Positions 47,521 to 61,358 of a stretch of DNA of 64,000 bases are shown piece after piece. The stretch is from Eledone cirrhosa (Eukaryota). The stretch spans positions 38,998,001-39,062,000 of the forward strand of contig OZ024741.1 of NCBI GenBank assembly GCA_964016885.1, given 5' to 3'. The number at the start of each line of letters is the position of its first letter. The stretch's first letter is position 1. Below the pieces are notes generated by a model. It worked only from the letters and a program-made list of their open reading frames with translations. It did no database searches and was not told where the DNA came from. The position numbers and the translations under genes are program-made.

Positions 47521-50500
47521 GACATAAAATATGTCAAAAGGAACGCTCCTGGACAAGAAGATGTAAAAGAAGACGGTATGCCTTCTACTGGAGCTATGTC
47601 ATATGTTGCCATGACAACAGTCTCAACAGACAGTAGCATCAGCACTTTTCGTAATGAGGATATTACGAACATCAACAACAGCAACTCAACAACTGGAAAA
47701 ACAAAAACAACACAAAGACAAATGTTACAAACAAAACCAATAACAACGGGAACACGAACCAAGTGAAAAACAACAACACCAACAACAATCAAAATAACAA
47801 TCAAAATGACAAAAACAATAACAGCAACAGCAGCACAAGTGAAATCAAAATCAAATACAGATGAAAGAAACATTTGCAACAACAGATGCCAAACAGACGG
47901 AATTTATAGACATAGACATATCAAATAAAGCGCAGTATCTGCAGGGTGTTGTTCAATATATAATTGTTGAGGGTTTTCGGATCAACACCCCACCAGAAAT
48001 TAGGGCCGCAACCCTAACGAAACAATTTTCTATCGAACTGTGTCTATAGAATCAAGAAAACATGCTTCTTTGCCTCAGAATACAGTAAAAGGTGTGTTGA
48101 GGGAGGAAATGCAAGACATTGCCTACCTTCAGAAAGCAAACGAGGCACTTCCACAAAAATATTCGGTGGCTCCAATTAAAACGAGCCAATGCATCTTTTT
48201 CCCTACATACATGGAAAGAACACATAATATAAGGGTGTCCAGATCCCACCGAACACCAACATTTGGTGGATCCTGGGCGGCTTTTTGAAGCCTTCTCTCT
48301 GTAAAGAAGTCAACCAGGTATAAATGGAATGGGACTCGGTGGAGCACCTGGTTCAAATGAAACCAGAAAGAATTTCGAAGATACCCGAAAGAGTAGCTGT
48401 TGATAACAACTATGTTATCAACATCAGAGTGGAGGGCAGAAAACCACAGCGTTTTCGATGTGGAAAGGATACCCATATAAAAGCATTAGAAACCATTATT
48501 ATTACTATTGTGTGGGTGTGTAATGTCACCATTTGTCGTTTGTAACAGGTGTTGGTATTGTCAACTGAAGATTTCCTTCGAATGAAACAGTTCTAGTCCT
48601 ACAGAAGCCCGGACGCCATGCTTTGGCGCATAGAGTTACGGCCCTTGCCATTCTGAGTTCAAATCCCGCCGAGGTTAGGTTTGCCTTTCATCCTTATGGG
48701 TTCGATAAAATAAAGTACCAGTAATACACTGGGGTAGTTTTAATCGACTTTCCTCTCCCTTCAAATTGCTGGCCTTGTACTTAATGTAGAATCATCATTA
48801 TTACTATTTACGTTCTGAGTTCAAATCCCGCCAAGGTTAACTTTGCCTTTTTTTCATCCTTACAGGGTCAATACTAAATAGAGTCGACCATCAATACTTG
48901 GAAGCGGTTCTCAAGGCGGCCGGTTTCGTACCCGTGTTAATAGGCTGGATCGCTACCAGGCACAGAAACATCTGCTCGGCAGTCATGGTGAATGGCTAAC
49001 TGTCAGAGTCATTCCAAATCACGCGTTCCATCCGTTAGGGATGGCCTCTCTGCTCCATTCTGTATGTATTGACTCTCGGAAGTTGGAACTGATGTAGGGC
49101 ATTTCAATAGAACCAGAACTGCGAAAAACAGCGTCGGTCTATGCCGACGTGTGATGATAATGGTGTCGAAAACATCGGAAATCGGGGTGATCGGCAACTT
49201 AATACAGGAATACGAAAATCTGACGGAAGCAAAACTGACACGGACAAGTCTGTCGGCTTGCAACTCGGCATGTGGAGAGGAAAACCGATGCCGTCCGACA
49301 GCGTCGTTGGACGCTGGACGTGAAATTGCTCGGGGTCTGGTTCGGTCCAGATCACCGGGTGGAGTAAAACTGAAACGAGGTCACGGCAAAGGTATTTGCT
49401 CTCACGCAGAAGTGGGCTGAGTGCAAACTCTCCTTAAAAGGTCGAGTGGAGGTGGCGAACACTTACATAGCGTCCGTCATCTACTACTGCTTGTCAAACG
49501 TGACTTGTCCCCTTGATCACCTCGCCAAAATGGAACGCCTACTCTTCAAGTTCCTTTGAAAGAAACAGGCTCGACTGGTGAGGAGATCCATCTGCTGCCA
49601 ACACCCTTCTAACGGAGGGCTGGGCATGTCATGGCTGATGATGTGCAAACCCGTACTAGGGCTACGCCATCTCCAGGTATTCCTGACTGGTGAACCGGTG
49701 TGGTCGTCGCTTGTGAGACAAGCTTTTCCGCAACTCGTCTCGCTAATGGAACTGCAGTCCTGGGTCAAGCGAAGACCGAAAATGGGTGCTTGGCACCTCG
49801 AGTGCACTCAGGCGCTCGCAATCCTCTATCAGGAGGACACGGCAATCAGCGGGGACTCCACGTCAACATTCTATAGAGGGTTAGTGGAGGATAAGTGCGA
49901 CAACGTTCTCGGGGAGACTCTAGACGTTGAAGAGGACGAAGTGGCAACTCTGTTCGGGAGGTCTTTCCGTACAGGACCTATGGAAAACTATGGATCCTGC
50001 CAAAAAGACCTGTCCAAGATGCGAGCGAGACATTGAAACCGTTCTGCATGCAATTATTCAGTTCCCGGGGTTGGCCTACCTGTGGAACTAAGTCGAACAG
50101 CTACTGTTATGTGTGGGACAAATCCAGTTGACAGCCGAGTCCATCGTGAGGATCAACCCGCCGCCTTCATTTAAAAACGGAGAGGCGGTTTTCCTCTGCC
50201 TGGTGGCTATGGCGAAAGAGGTAATATGGTGGACGAGATTAAAAGGACTGAGGACAGACACCTTCCTCTCCGGACAACAACTCATTCCCTTCTTTAAATA
50301 CCACTTTAGAAGGAAAATGAGAGTGGAGAGAGAGGTGCTTCACCCAGTAAATTCGCTGAAAGGTGGGTGAATGCGGCGAAAATGGCCCGAGTAATTAGGC
50401 TTTCTCTGTATATAAACCTGTTGGTTGAAGAAAAGAGAGAAGACAGAAGCACTCACAAAACATGCTCCAGGAGTTGGAGGTTTTTCTATCTACGGGGTGT

Positions 50501-50643
50501 AAAACAACCCAATTGTAATGTTCCCCCTATTGGGGATTTCTATTTTTATTTATTATTTTATATATGTTAAACTTTTGTTTACACGCTTAAATATAACGTC
50601 CTGTAATTTCCTGTAATTTCTTGTGCGCCTTTGTGGCAAATAA

Positions 50644-50684
<41 letters not shown>

Positions 50685-50686
50685 CT
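47521..50686 (+). mobile_element. Degraded Tx1-like (L1 group) LINE: ORF1, RT and 3' remnants
   Basis: ORF1-like VEGRKPQ.FRCGKDTHIKA. RT-like RVDHQYLEAVLKAAGF and a decayed QGCPLS region near 49030. HPSNGGLGM motif. Ends AATAAA-(TCTA)n. Confidence 0.75.
48510..48796 (+). mobile_element. Hammerhead-SINE chimera with 12-bp TSD
   Basis: ATTATTACTATT at 48498-48509 and at 48797-48808. The body matches 33004-33265. Confidence 0.65.
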
Positions 50687-51766
50687 GCGGCACCTGCACG
50701 TATTCCTCACCGGACAACTGGTGTGGGCCCCGTTCGTGAGGCGAGCCTTCCCACGACTCGTCTCGCTGACCGAGCTGCAGTCCTGGGTCAAGAAAAGACC
50801 GAAGAAAATGGGCGACTGGCACATCGAATGTGCTCAGGCGCTCACAGTCCTCTGGCAAACGGACCCGGCGATCAGTGGAGACTCCACTTCGACATTCTAT
50901 AGAGGGTTGGTCCGCAGCAAGTGCGACGACGCGCTCGGAGAAACTCTAGGCGTAGAGGAGGACGAACTGGCCAGTCTATTCGGTAGGACCTTCCGCCCGA
51001 GACCAATGGACAACTTCCAAAAGTCCCTGGCCTGGCAGTGCTACCGAGGAGCTCTACCAGTTCGAGACAAGCTCTACAGACACGGGCGCCCGGGCAGGGA
51101 TTCTTCGAAAAAGATCTGTCCGAGATGCGTGCGCGACGAGGAAACCGTACACTGCCCGGGCGTTACCGACCTGTGGGGCTATGTGGAACGACTATTGTCG
51201 CGGGTGGGACCAATCTAGTTGACCACCGAGTCCATTGTCATGATCAAACCGCCACCCTCCTTCAAAAACGAGGGAGTGGCGGTTTTCCTATGTGTTATAG
51301 CTATGGTGAAAGAGGTTATATGGTGGACGAGGTTAAAAGGGCTGAGGTCAGGAACCTTTCTCTCCGGCGAGCAACTGATTCGTTTTTTCAAATATCATTT
51401 TGGAAGAAGAATCAGGATGGAGAGAGAGGTGCTGTACCCCAGCAAATTTTATAAAAGGTGGGTGAATGTGGCAAAGATGGCCCGAGTGGTTGGGCCTTCT
51501 CTCTCTATAAGCCTGTAGGTTGAGGAAAAAGAGGAAGAGAAGAAGGGAGTACTCACTCTTGGTGCTCCTGGAGTTGAGGTTTGTACATTTTTTCGGGGTG
51601 TGTACAACCTCTGTGTAACGCCTCCCCCTATTGGGGATATCAATTGTTATTTGTTATTTTATTAATAGTTTTATTTTCATATACCTGTATGTAAACTCCC
51701 CATTTGTATTTGTCCCCTTCTTTTGAGCCCTTGTGGCTAATAAAGAAATTTATCTATCTATCTATC
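50687..51766 (+). mobile_element. Tx1-like LINE 3' fragment (second copy)
   Basis: LAWQCYRGALPVRDKL...CPRC...ETVHCP zinc-finger region. It starts in the (TCTA)n tail of the first copy and ends in (TATC)n. Confidence 0.85.
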
Positions 51767-52276
51767 TGTGATGGCAATTGTGAAAGAGGTTGTATGGTGG
51801 ACGAGGTTGAAAGGGCTGAGGTCAGACACCTTTCTCTCCGGCCAACAACTGATTCTTTTTTTCAAATACCACTTTGGAAGAAGAATCTGGATGGAGAGAG
51901 AGGTGCTGTACCCCAGCAAATTTTATGAAAGGTGGGTGAAAGTGGCGAGAATGGCCCGAGTGAATGGGCCTTCTCTCTATATCAGCCTGTAGCTTGAGGA
52001 AGAGGAGGAAGAGGAGGAAGAGGAGGAAGAGGAGGAAGAGTACAAACTCTTCGTACTCCTGGAGATGAGGGTTGCACATTTTTTTTCGGGGTATGTGTCA
52101 CCCATAGTTAATGTCTCCCCCCGATTGGGGAAAATCAATTGTTTTTCTTTAATTTTCATCTGTGATATTGTTTTACACGTTTTTATTGAATGTAAACTTC
52201 CCTCATTGTACTTGTCCCCTTCTTTTGTGCCCTTGTGGCTAAAAAAGAAATATATCTATCTATCCACCTACCTATC
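51767..52276 (+). mobile_element. Tx1-like LINE 3' fragment (third copy)
   Basis: KEVVWWTRLKGL...SLYISL* plus the homologous 3' UTR and TATC tail. Confidence 0.85.
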
Positions 52277-52890
52277 TCAGCAAAGAACAAGCATATTATG
52301 TCTTTTGTATAATAATATAATCATTCTTTTACTTTTACTCGTTTCAGTCATTAGACTGCGGCCATACTGGGGCACCACCTTTCACGGGATTTAGTCGCTC
52401 ATATCAACACCAGAGTATATTGTTTTCAAACCTGTGACATGTTTATTTTATTCATCACCATTGGTCGAAGTACTAAATCCTTAACCATACAGCAATGCTT
52501 GTACCTAAAGTCAACATATATATAAAATTTAGGAGTGACAATAATAACTATTTCTAATTTAGGCAGAGGCCAATCAATTTGCTGAGAAGGGAAGTTCGAC
52601 AAGTTCGATACCAGTATTTCATTGCTATTTTATTTTGTCGGACTCGGAAAGGTGAAAGGCAATGGTCACCATGCCGAAATTTAAATTAAGAAAGTTAAAG
52701 GTTGGAATAAATAACACAGAATATTCTGTTTGATGCTCTACCTATTTTGCTAATTCATTGCCTTTAGTGACGAAAATATAACATTCACTACCTAGTCATG
52801 ATACTGAAAACTGAAAACGGTAAGTTTCTTAGTAAATAAAACAACATTTATATTGAATTTATCCTCTCGCTAACGACTTCTCTGCACACA

Positions 52891-52953
<63 letters not shown>

Positions 52954-52954
52954 T

Positions 52955-52988
<34 letters not shown>

Positions 52989-53032
52989 TATACATAGACA
53001 TATACATATATGTATACACAGACATACACCCA

Positions 53033-53120
<88 letters not shown>

Positions 53121-53154
53121 CATACATGTACGATATATATTTATATACATATGT

Positions 53155-53908
53155 ACGATGTGTATATGAATGTATATATACTGTATTTTGCAATACACTA
53201 TGCTTAATTAAAAGCATTTTGAAGACCTTACGCTATTGTTTTAAAGTAGTGACTATTTCACTTACTTCTTTTTTCAACAAACAAAGGGAGATAAGCTGAC
53301 AGATCTCTGTTTCATACTGTTGGTATTCCTCAGAGCTTAGCATTCCCCTTGAATTATGAATGTTGGATTCTTATAGATCTCCAGTAATAATCAGGAACTG
53401 ATTATACAGAGCGGTTGCCGGTCCAGTAAAAATTTAAAATTAGAATTGGTGCTCTGAAATAGCGATGTATATATGAATGTATATATAGTGTATTTGCTTA
53501 ATTAAAAGCATTTTGAAGGCCTTATGCTATTGTTTTAAAGTAGTGACTATGTCACTTACTTCTTTTTTAAACAAGAATCTGACAGATCTCTGAAATAGCG
53601 ATATATATATGAATGTATAAATAGTTTATTTTCAATTTTTACTGGACCGGCAACCGCTCTGTTATAATCAGTTCCTGATTATTACTGGAATTCTATAAGA
53701 ATCCAACATTTATAATTTTCAACAGACGAAGGGGAGTGCTAAGCTCTGAGGAATACCAACAGTATGAAACAGAGATCTGTCAGCTTATCTCCCTTTGTTT
53801 GTTGAAAAAAGAAGTAAGTGACATAGTCACTACTTTAAAACAATAGCGTAAGGTCTTCAAAATGCTTGTAATTAAGCATAGTGTATTGCCAAATACAGTA
53901 TATATACA

Positions 53909-53915
<7 letters not shown>
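53155..53915. mobile_element. Fold-back PLE terminus (~300-bp arms, internal rearrangement)
   Basis: 53163-53432 is inverted to 53635-53915, with a partial third copy at 53466-53600. Confidence 0.75.
53732..53793 (+). ncRNA. Canonical type I hammerhead ribozyme
   Basis: GGGAG-TGC-TAAGCT-CTGAGGA-ATAC CAACA GTAT-GAAA-CAG AGAT CTG-TC-AGCTTA-T-CTCCC, with a GUC site. Inverted copy at 53286-53347. Confidence 0.9.
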
Positions 53916-53974
<59 letters not shown>

Positions 53975-54186
53975 TACATGTGTACGTATGGGTTATATCG
54001 AATATCAATCATAATGTTCGATTCGTTTGTAAACAAACGGCCTCTCATGAAGCTGTGCCGGTGACCGATCGTCACCTGTTTGTTCAACACTATTATTATT
54101 AATGTTCGATATAAGCCATACGTACATATGTAGATGTGTGTGTGTGTATGTATGTATGTATATATGTACTTATGTGTGTATGTGTG

Positions 54187-54235
<49 letters not shown>

Positions 54236-55588
54236 TTCGTTTTTGAATTTGTTTTGCAAGATTTCTTATCTGAAAAGGTGTTGAAACAGATATTGTTATA
54301 CTTTAGGAGTGTCATACCGTCAATAAAAACAGACTCACCTGTTGGTTTTCACTACAATTTACTATAAATTTCCGGATATATATATATATATATATATATA
54401 ATATGAGAATGTAGGCGGTAAAATCCAGTTGGACCATTACTGACCAGAGTACTCGATACCTGGGGTAATAGAGTGTTGAAACGGCCGGAGCTCAGCCGTC
54501 GTTGTTTCTAGTTAAGATCAGTAAGGACATAATTTAACATAGTACTCTATATTGAATAAAATAGAATGTCGATATTACTATAAAGAGTCACTGCCCCTCA
54601 TCAGGTAATCAGATAAAAATACGAAAAGAAACTACTTTAACTGAGTATATTTGGTTTTATAAAGAGGAAAGTCGCATTTTGGAAACATTGGAGATAATTC
54701 TGGAGTTTAGATATGTGTTTGATGAGTATAGACCCTGCAAGATCCTAAATTTGTCGCTGAAGGAGAGTGGGCATACCGTACAAAAATGGTAGGAAGTGAT
54801 GCCTGCTCTGCCTTAGCGAGAAATTTGGGATTCTGTGGGGTTTATACTCACACAGTCTTTGACGGAAGTCTTTAGACATTGTTTCCATCAGAAGGCCTAT
54901 CTCTTGTACAACTGGAAGCCTACACTGCAACAAGCCCCTCACCGGACCTGCTAAATCCGCCATGATCCTATTTCTCTGTGTTACATATCCACGCACAAAA
55001 AAATTTGAATACATCACATCCACACTAATAATGTTGAAAGAGGATTTTGTATTACAATATCACATTGCACCCAAACGATCAACTATCAACAATTTAAAAA
55101 GAAAATTCTTTTTGTATATTCTGACTTTAGGTATTGGGAGGTTATCAGAAGTGGCTTAAATACTTTAAATATTTGCAATATAGCTGACGAGCCAGATTAC
55201 AGACATTTGCACTCCCAAAGTTGCCTCTCTTGATCCCCTAGAAGTAAACATTCTACTATCTCCGTTGGCAACGATCTCATTCAAAGGGTTAAGTTTTGTT
55301 AGATAATTAGCACACAGCTCATACCACATGTATATTACACACAGATAAATTAAATTATCTCCCTTGTTCCCGAAATGCGGCTTTCCACTGTTTAAAACCA
55401 AATATAGTTAGCTAAAGGGTTTTCTTTTCATATTTTTGTCTGAGTGCCCGACGTAGGCCAGATTTGAATAGGCTCTTCCACTATACAGTGGTGACCATAT
55501 GAGGACCCCGAAACCTAGGGACACGCATACATGCTAAATGTTTGAAATGAAACTTTAATTAAACTATGTATATATATATACACACACG

Positions 55589-55628
<40 letters not shown>

Positions 55629-55852
55629 TATATATATATATATAAATATATATATATATATCTATATATACATACATATATATATGGGAAAACAAATGAT
55701 CATTATAGGTAATCCAGTAAGAGGTTGTGAATACTCCGTATTATGGATAGTTTTAGCGTACGGCGTTGTTTGACTCAACAAGAGGTTTCCTTAGGTAGCG
55801 AGTTTGCGAGTTCTTGGGAATTCCTATGCAGGTTAATCTTGGAGTAATAATG

Positions 55853-56103
55853 GTGAAAGAGTGCAGAATAACATGGTCAACAGTACAAAAATGGTTTTAT
55901 TTACAGTATTAACAATTGTTTCATTGATTAAGTTGTCTAAAAATTGCTAATTATCCGATGATTTGATTAAGCATACATTGTATTTAAAATTGAGTGACAC
56001 AATTGATTAGCAATTTTAGACAACTTAATCAATGAAACAATTGTTAATACTGTAAATAAAACCATTTTTGTACTGTTGACCATGTTATTCTTCACTCTTT
56101 CAC
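55853..56103. repeat. Fold-back remnant related to 7605-7765
   Basis: ~100-bp inverted arms containing GAAACAATTGTT. Confidence 0.7.
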
Positions 56104-56342
56104 TATATATATATATATAAAATATAATCTTTTTAAAATAACATTATCTCTAATACGATTCTTTAACCGCCATATCCTTTCTCTCACAAACCCTAACCAT
56201 ATATATATTCCCCCATCATTGCCTTATTACTATATTTTTTGCGGGAGGGGGGGGGGGGGCTTAATCTTTGCACTTTTAACCATGATATCATAATGAGTGG
56301 TTTTATGACTTATATATTCTTAATACTACAGAAGCATTTTAA

Positions 56343-56442
56343 TAAACTCTGAGGACACCTGTATTGAGTTCTAACCAGGAGTTACTAAACAAAGTGACTC
56401 TCTATACATGACTCAATACAGGTAGAAACGATTGTTAGTGTA
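56343..56442 (+). ncRNA. Type I hammerhead candidate with 13-bp stem II
   Basis: TAAACT-CTGAGGA-C-ACCTGTATTGAGT...ACTCAATACAGGT-A-GAAA-CGATTG-TT-AGTGTA. Confidence 0.7.
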
Positions 56443-56920
56443 TAAATGATTTAACTCTTTGGTGTTATTTAAACTATTAATGTATAACAGCCCTGCATGA
56501 CCCTCATTGCATTGAGCAACAAAACACCCTGTAGATAAGTATAATTACTCACATTAATATTATATTATTAGTACTAGTATTCTATATAAAGGGTCATTCC
56601 ATCTCAAATCACACAAGGGGTCCCAAGTCACACCTTCAGATCCCCCCTGAACAAATTCATACTAGCTCCTGTACCTATATGATGGGAAAATATCAAGTAT
56701 TAGGTCAATATCTTTGATAGTTTTGAAATTGTAGGCCTTTAAAATATTAATTGATTATACATTTTTTTCCGAACGAGTCTCTCAGACCAACTTGAGACAG
56801 CCATTTCTCCTCTAATAAGGTAAGCACAATTTTGAAATCATGGGTTTGGGCTTATTTCTTCTGTAGAGTTCATTTTTCTGAAACTGTGTGATTTGATATG
56901 GAATAACCCTATATATATAT

Positions 56921-57339
56921 CAGTCGATCGACTTTCGTCAAATCGGACCGAGGTAACAATGTTTCCATTGGACTTTCCAATTGCTACTACTGATCGACTT
57001 TCGTCAAATCGGACCGAGGAAACAATGTTTCCATTGGACTTTCCAATTGCTACTACTGATCGACTTTCGTCAAATCGGACCGAGGAAACAATGTTTCCAT
57101 TGGACTTTCCAATTGCTACTACTGATCGACTTTCGTCAAATCGGATCGAGGAAAAAATGTTTCCATGGGTTTTTCCAATTGCTAATACTATCTACCGGTC
57201 GCAACTCCAGGTAGAAGGAGCAACATGAAATAAAGTGTCTTGCTCAAGAACATAACGCATCGACCGGTCCGGGAATCGAACTCACAACCTCACGATTGCG
57301 AATCCAGTTCTCTAACCACTCAGCCACGCGCCTTCACTC
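56921..57339 (-). mobile_element. SINE family 2 with a 3' tandem array
   Basis: Minus strand A box TGGCTGAGTGG and B box GAGTTCGATTCC. Homologous to 1591-1792. Confidence 0.8.
56926..57189. repeat. 66-bp tandem repeat, 4 copies
   Basis: GATCGACTTTCGTCAAATCGG starts at 56926, 56992, 57058 and 57124. Confidence 0.95.
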
Positions 57340-57558
57340 TATATATATGCGTGTATGTGTGCGTGTATGTGTGTGTGTATGCATATAAAAGTGTATTCCT
57401 TCGGTTCAAGAGAATTTAGCTATGATGTTTCAGCAAAGCGAGCTGGTTATTTGCTTCGAGGAACTTTCATGGCTAAGTTATAAGAAACTGAATAATATAG
57501 ACTTTATTGTCAATATCGATATCTACCAGACTTCTGTATTACTAACCAGGATCATTAG

Positions 57559-57603
<45 letters not shown>

Positions 57604-58276
57604 TCACACACACAAGAGCTCATACACACACCACACACTCACACACACACGAACTCATACACACGCTCTCACACACACACACGCACAAACTCGCACACAC
57701 ACACTCACACACAAACTCACATACACACTCACACCCACACACGCTCACACACACACATACTCACACACACACACACGAACTCATACACACATTCTCTCAC
57801 ACACACAGGCACAAACTCGCGCACACACACACTCACACACGAACTCACACACAGACATACGCACACTCACACACACAAACTCGCACACACACACGCAAAC
57901 ACACACACACGCACACACACACAAACACAGAGTCACAAGTACACACAGACGCTCACACACTCAAACACACACAAACGCTGACACACACACACATACACAC
58001 ACAGACACACAGACACACAGACACACACTCACACACCCACACACACACACACACATACACACCCACAAATGTACACACCCACACCCATACACACACATAT
58101 ATATATATATATATATATGTATATCTTTCTATCTATCTATCTATATATATATATATATATTGACTGCCAAGACTGGAATTGAACCATCAGCACAGTTGAG
58201 GTGTGTCAGACATCAATTTATTTTATCTGATGAGGACGTTCTGAGGAAACAGCACAGTACCTCTGAAATATATATA

Positions 58277-58470
58277 TAATTGTTTCTACTTTTGGCACAA
58301 GGCCAGCAATTACCCAGTGCATTACTGGTACTTTATTTTATCGACCCCGTAAGGATGAGAGGCAAAGTTCACCTTGGTGGGATTTGAACTCAGAATGGCA
58401 AGGGCCGTAACTCTATGCGTCAAAGCATGCCATCCGACCCTCTACCAATACTGCCAATCCACCGCCTTTT
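58277..58470 (-). mobile_element. SINE family 1, full-length
   Basis: A box TGGCAGTATTGG, B box GAGTTCAAATCC, core and tail. Confidence 0.88.
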
Positions 58471-58536
58471 ACTGATATATATATAATAAAATATATTTTG
58501 ATTACGTTGAATGTCAATATTTATTAATATTTTGAA

Positions 58537-58643
<107 letters not shown>

Positions 58644-60030
58644 CGAAGGAAATGTGGTAAGGAACCAGGTGGACCATAACGCACCAAAGTACTCAATACT
58701 TGAGGTAGTAGAGTGGGTAATAGGAACCAGTAAGACCCCGACAGCTGAGCTCAAGCCGTTTCGACGGCTAATTCTGGACTAAATGAAAATTTATCCTGGT
58801 ATTTAAATAGCCGATCTTCTCAAGGGGTAATTCCATATATGGTCAAAGTGATTGTCAAAAATCAGTAGTAATTCTGTGGTTGCAAATTAGTAGGGGAGAT
58901 GGTGGCTAAACCTGCCAGTAGGAGAAAGAGGGGAGGGGGTGGAGTAGACCCAATCAAGCGTTGGTAGTGCCAGCTACAGCTGGGCATGAGGTCAAAGAAG
59001 ATACAGGGGAGGGGGAGGGGGAGGGGGAGGAAGTCGGAACGGTAGGTAGAACAATGGGGGGTAGAAATATAGGAAGGAAAAAATACTGAGAGTGAAGAAA
59101 AGCAAATAAGTGTAAAGAAAAAAGTAAAGTAAATTAAATTCTACGACCTAGGTGTCAGGCTATTGTTAGGCTAGAATAAAATAAATAAAGAAAGAAAGAA
59201 GTAAAGAAATAAATAAATAAAGAAATAACGAAATAAGTAAAAGAACTAGGTGGGACGAAATAGGCAAAGACCCTTTTAAGAGGTATAAGTACGTAAATGA
59301 TACGGTGACGGGTCAACAAAAGGGGCCAAAATACTAAAGAGACTACCACGAAATAAACAATAAAGGTTTCCATCCCGGGCCAGCAACGACCCAGTGCAGC
59401 AAAGTGAACTTGTACGAGATAATAATTCTGAGTCCCGAGAAAAATATATACTAATGCTAACTCTAAAAGATCTAAAACAAGCTACATGAAAGTTCGTACG
59501 AAATAAAGGTAGAATACGGAGAAATAAATTCAGAATCCACCCCGCCCAGAAGAAAAGCGAAGCAAGAAATACTGAAACGAAAAAATAAGGCATAAGTGCC
59601 ACTAAGAAATATAGAGGGCACAGAGAATAGTGGGAGCAGTCGGAAAGAGGGGGCAAGTATCCGGGGTCTAAGCCAACTGCTATAAAGGGCGGAGTCCGCC
59701 AAATCTATCATAGACTAGGGGAGGGGGTGGTGGGGGTACTAAAGCTACATGGGGCCAAAGGGCAGCCTCGGGTGGGCGAGAAAAGACGCCGACAAAGGAG
59801 AAGAGCTGGGGTAGAAGGACAGGAGCTGGGGTAGAAGGACAAAGGAGAGAGGGGGGAAGGAAATAAAGGAAGCGATAAAAGAATACAAAGAAGATCTTAC
59901 GTCTTCCTTGGCAAGCAGGGGTTACCCATTGCAAAATCGGCAAGTGGGGTGTTATAGCCCTAGTCTACCCCCCCCCCCCCCCCGGGTCATTATGGGGTTT
60001 GAGGGCGAGGTAAGTCCTACGCAATCTATG

Positions 60031-61358
60031 TTAACATGCAGTAACCAGTTCATCTTTCTTGTTTAGGAGTTGGTCCGTCGAAAACAGCATTTGTAAAGTT
60101 TCCTCCGAGCATAAATTGCACGGACGGCGTCCTCCCGTGTAAGAATTGGCTCTGGACAGTAATCTCCAAGTGAGATCATAGGTGATGTTGTTGTCCTTGA
60201 GGTCCCATATGTGGCCCGAAAGTGTAGTGGCGTGACGCCGGGCCGGGTTTCGGAAGGTATGTCTATGTTGGTATAGCCGGGTCTTGAAGTCACATGCGGT
60301 AAGTCCTATATAGGCTTTGTTGGAGGTATCCGTCCTCACGTTGCACTGGTAGATCACATTACGGTCTCTACATCTATTGTCGAGTGGGCAAATAGATCTA
60401 TCCGGGCAGTTACACCTCCTGGTCGGGTCTCCACTGCTATTTAGGTTATTTCTGACATCGGGGTTGAGTTTTTTGTTGTTAGAGGAGACGATGTTTTGTG
60501 CGAAGTTTGGTGTAGTGCTGTAAGAGAGTTTGATGGTATTTTTGTTAATTATGTTGTGGTAGCGGTGTTGTAATGGGAAGTGTTTTTCAATGAGCCTAAA
60601 GAATAGTTTCTCGATGGGAGTAGTCACCTCTGCGTTGTGGGGAGGATTGAACCATGTTACATTGCGTGAGCGGCGGTGTCTCCTGCTGGTTCCGCTAATG
60701 GGAGCTGGACAGTAGGATATTTCCTCCCGGAAACCACTCCGCTTGAGGGCCTGGTTGTAATAAGGCGCATGTTCATCGAATATCCGCTCATTAGCTGACA
60801 AACGGGATATGCGGAGGGAGATGTTTTTGACCAGGTTGTTTGTGATGTTCCTAGGATGGTTTGATCGGCGGTGGATGTAGTGCAGATTGTCATTAGGTTT
60901 CCTGTATGGGTAGTACAGGTCGTTTTCGAGGTCGAGGGTCACGTCCAGGAAGTTTGCTCGGGTCAGGGACGTTTGTAGGGTTATTTTAAATCCCCAGTCG
61001 CGGAAGAATCTGATTAATTGTTTCCGGACCCGATCTGTACTACTGGGGTTGTACCCTTTAAGGGTAAGGAGCCCATCATCACGGTACAATCCACCACCGA
61101 ATGCAGGAAACATATCAGTGAGTTTGGCTATTAGGAATAATCCTATAAGATCTGTGACCTCCGCCGAATCCGTGGCGCCCATGCTGACGTCGAAGGGTGA
61201 GTCGGGAGCTCTTTTTATCCATCTATAGTCGTCAAAGAGTAAGACTGTCTTCCTGGCGTGGAGAATGATTTTTCTTTCCTGGTCGGTGATGGGCACAAGT
61301 GTTTCGGCGAAGTCCAAGGCGGCAGTAAGTAGCGGTAAGGTGATTGAAGCATAGTAGC
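60031..61358 (-). pseudogene. PLE RT (from motif A onward) + GIY-YIG endonuclease
   Basis: SYYASI, FDVSMGATDSAEV, GLYRDDGL, NFLDVTL, SNHP, WFNPP, CNC..CPL..C..NVIY..YIGLT..FKTR..H, CNLC..E..LLNK. Premature TAA at 60031-60033 (AAA in the other arm). Confidence 0.93.

Noticed and set aside
54745-55401. Short ORFs with a faint GIY-YIG-like DFRQRLCE motif
   Set aside because: Too degenerate to assign without a profile search.
56591-56900. Possible DNA transposon terminus GGGTCATTCCAT (also GGTGACCATATG near 55491)
   Set aside because: No matching second terminus or transposase was found in the window.
56926-57189. CRISPR-like array or 22-aa repeat protein
   Set aside because: The units are contiguous with no unique spacers, the context is a eukaryotic SINE, and the open frame follows from the 66-bp period.
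58222-58270. CTGATGA...GAAACAG...CTG motif (also CTGATGA at 7278, 32606 and 54597 minus)
   Set aside because: Stem II, GAAA or the UH site is missing.
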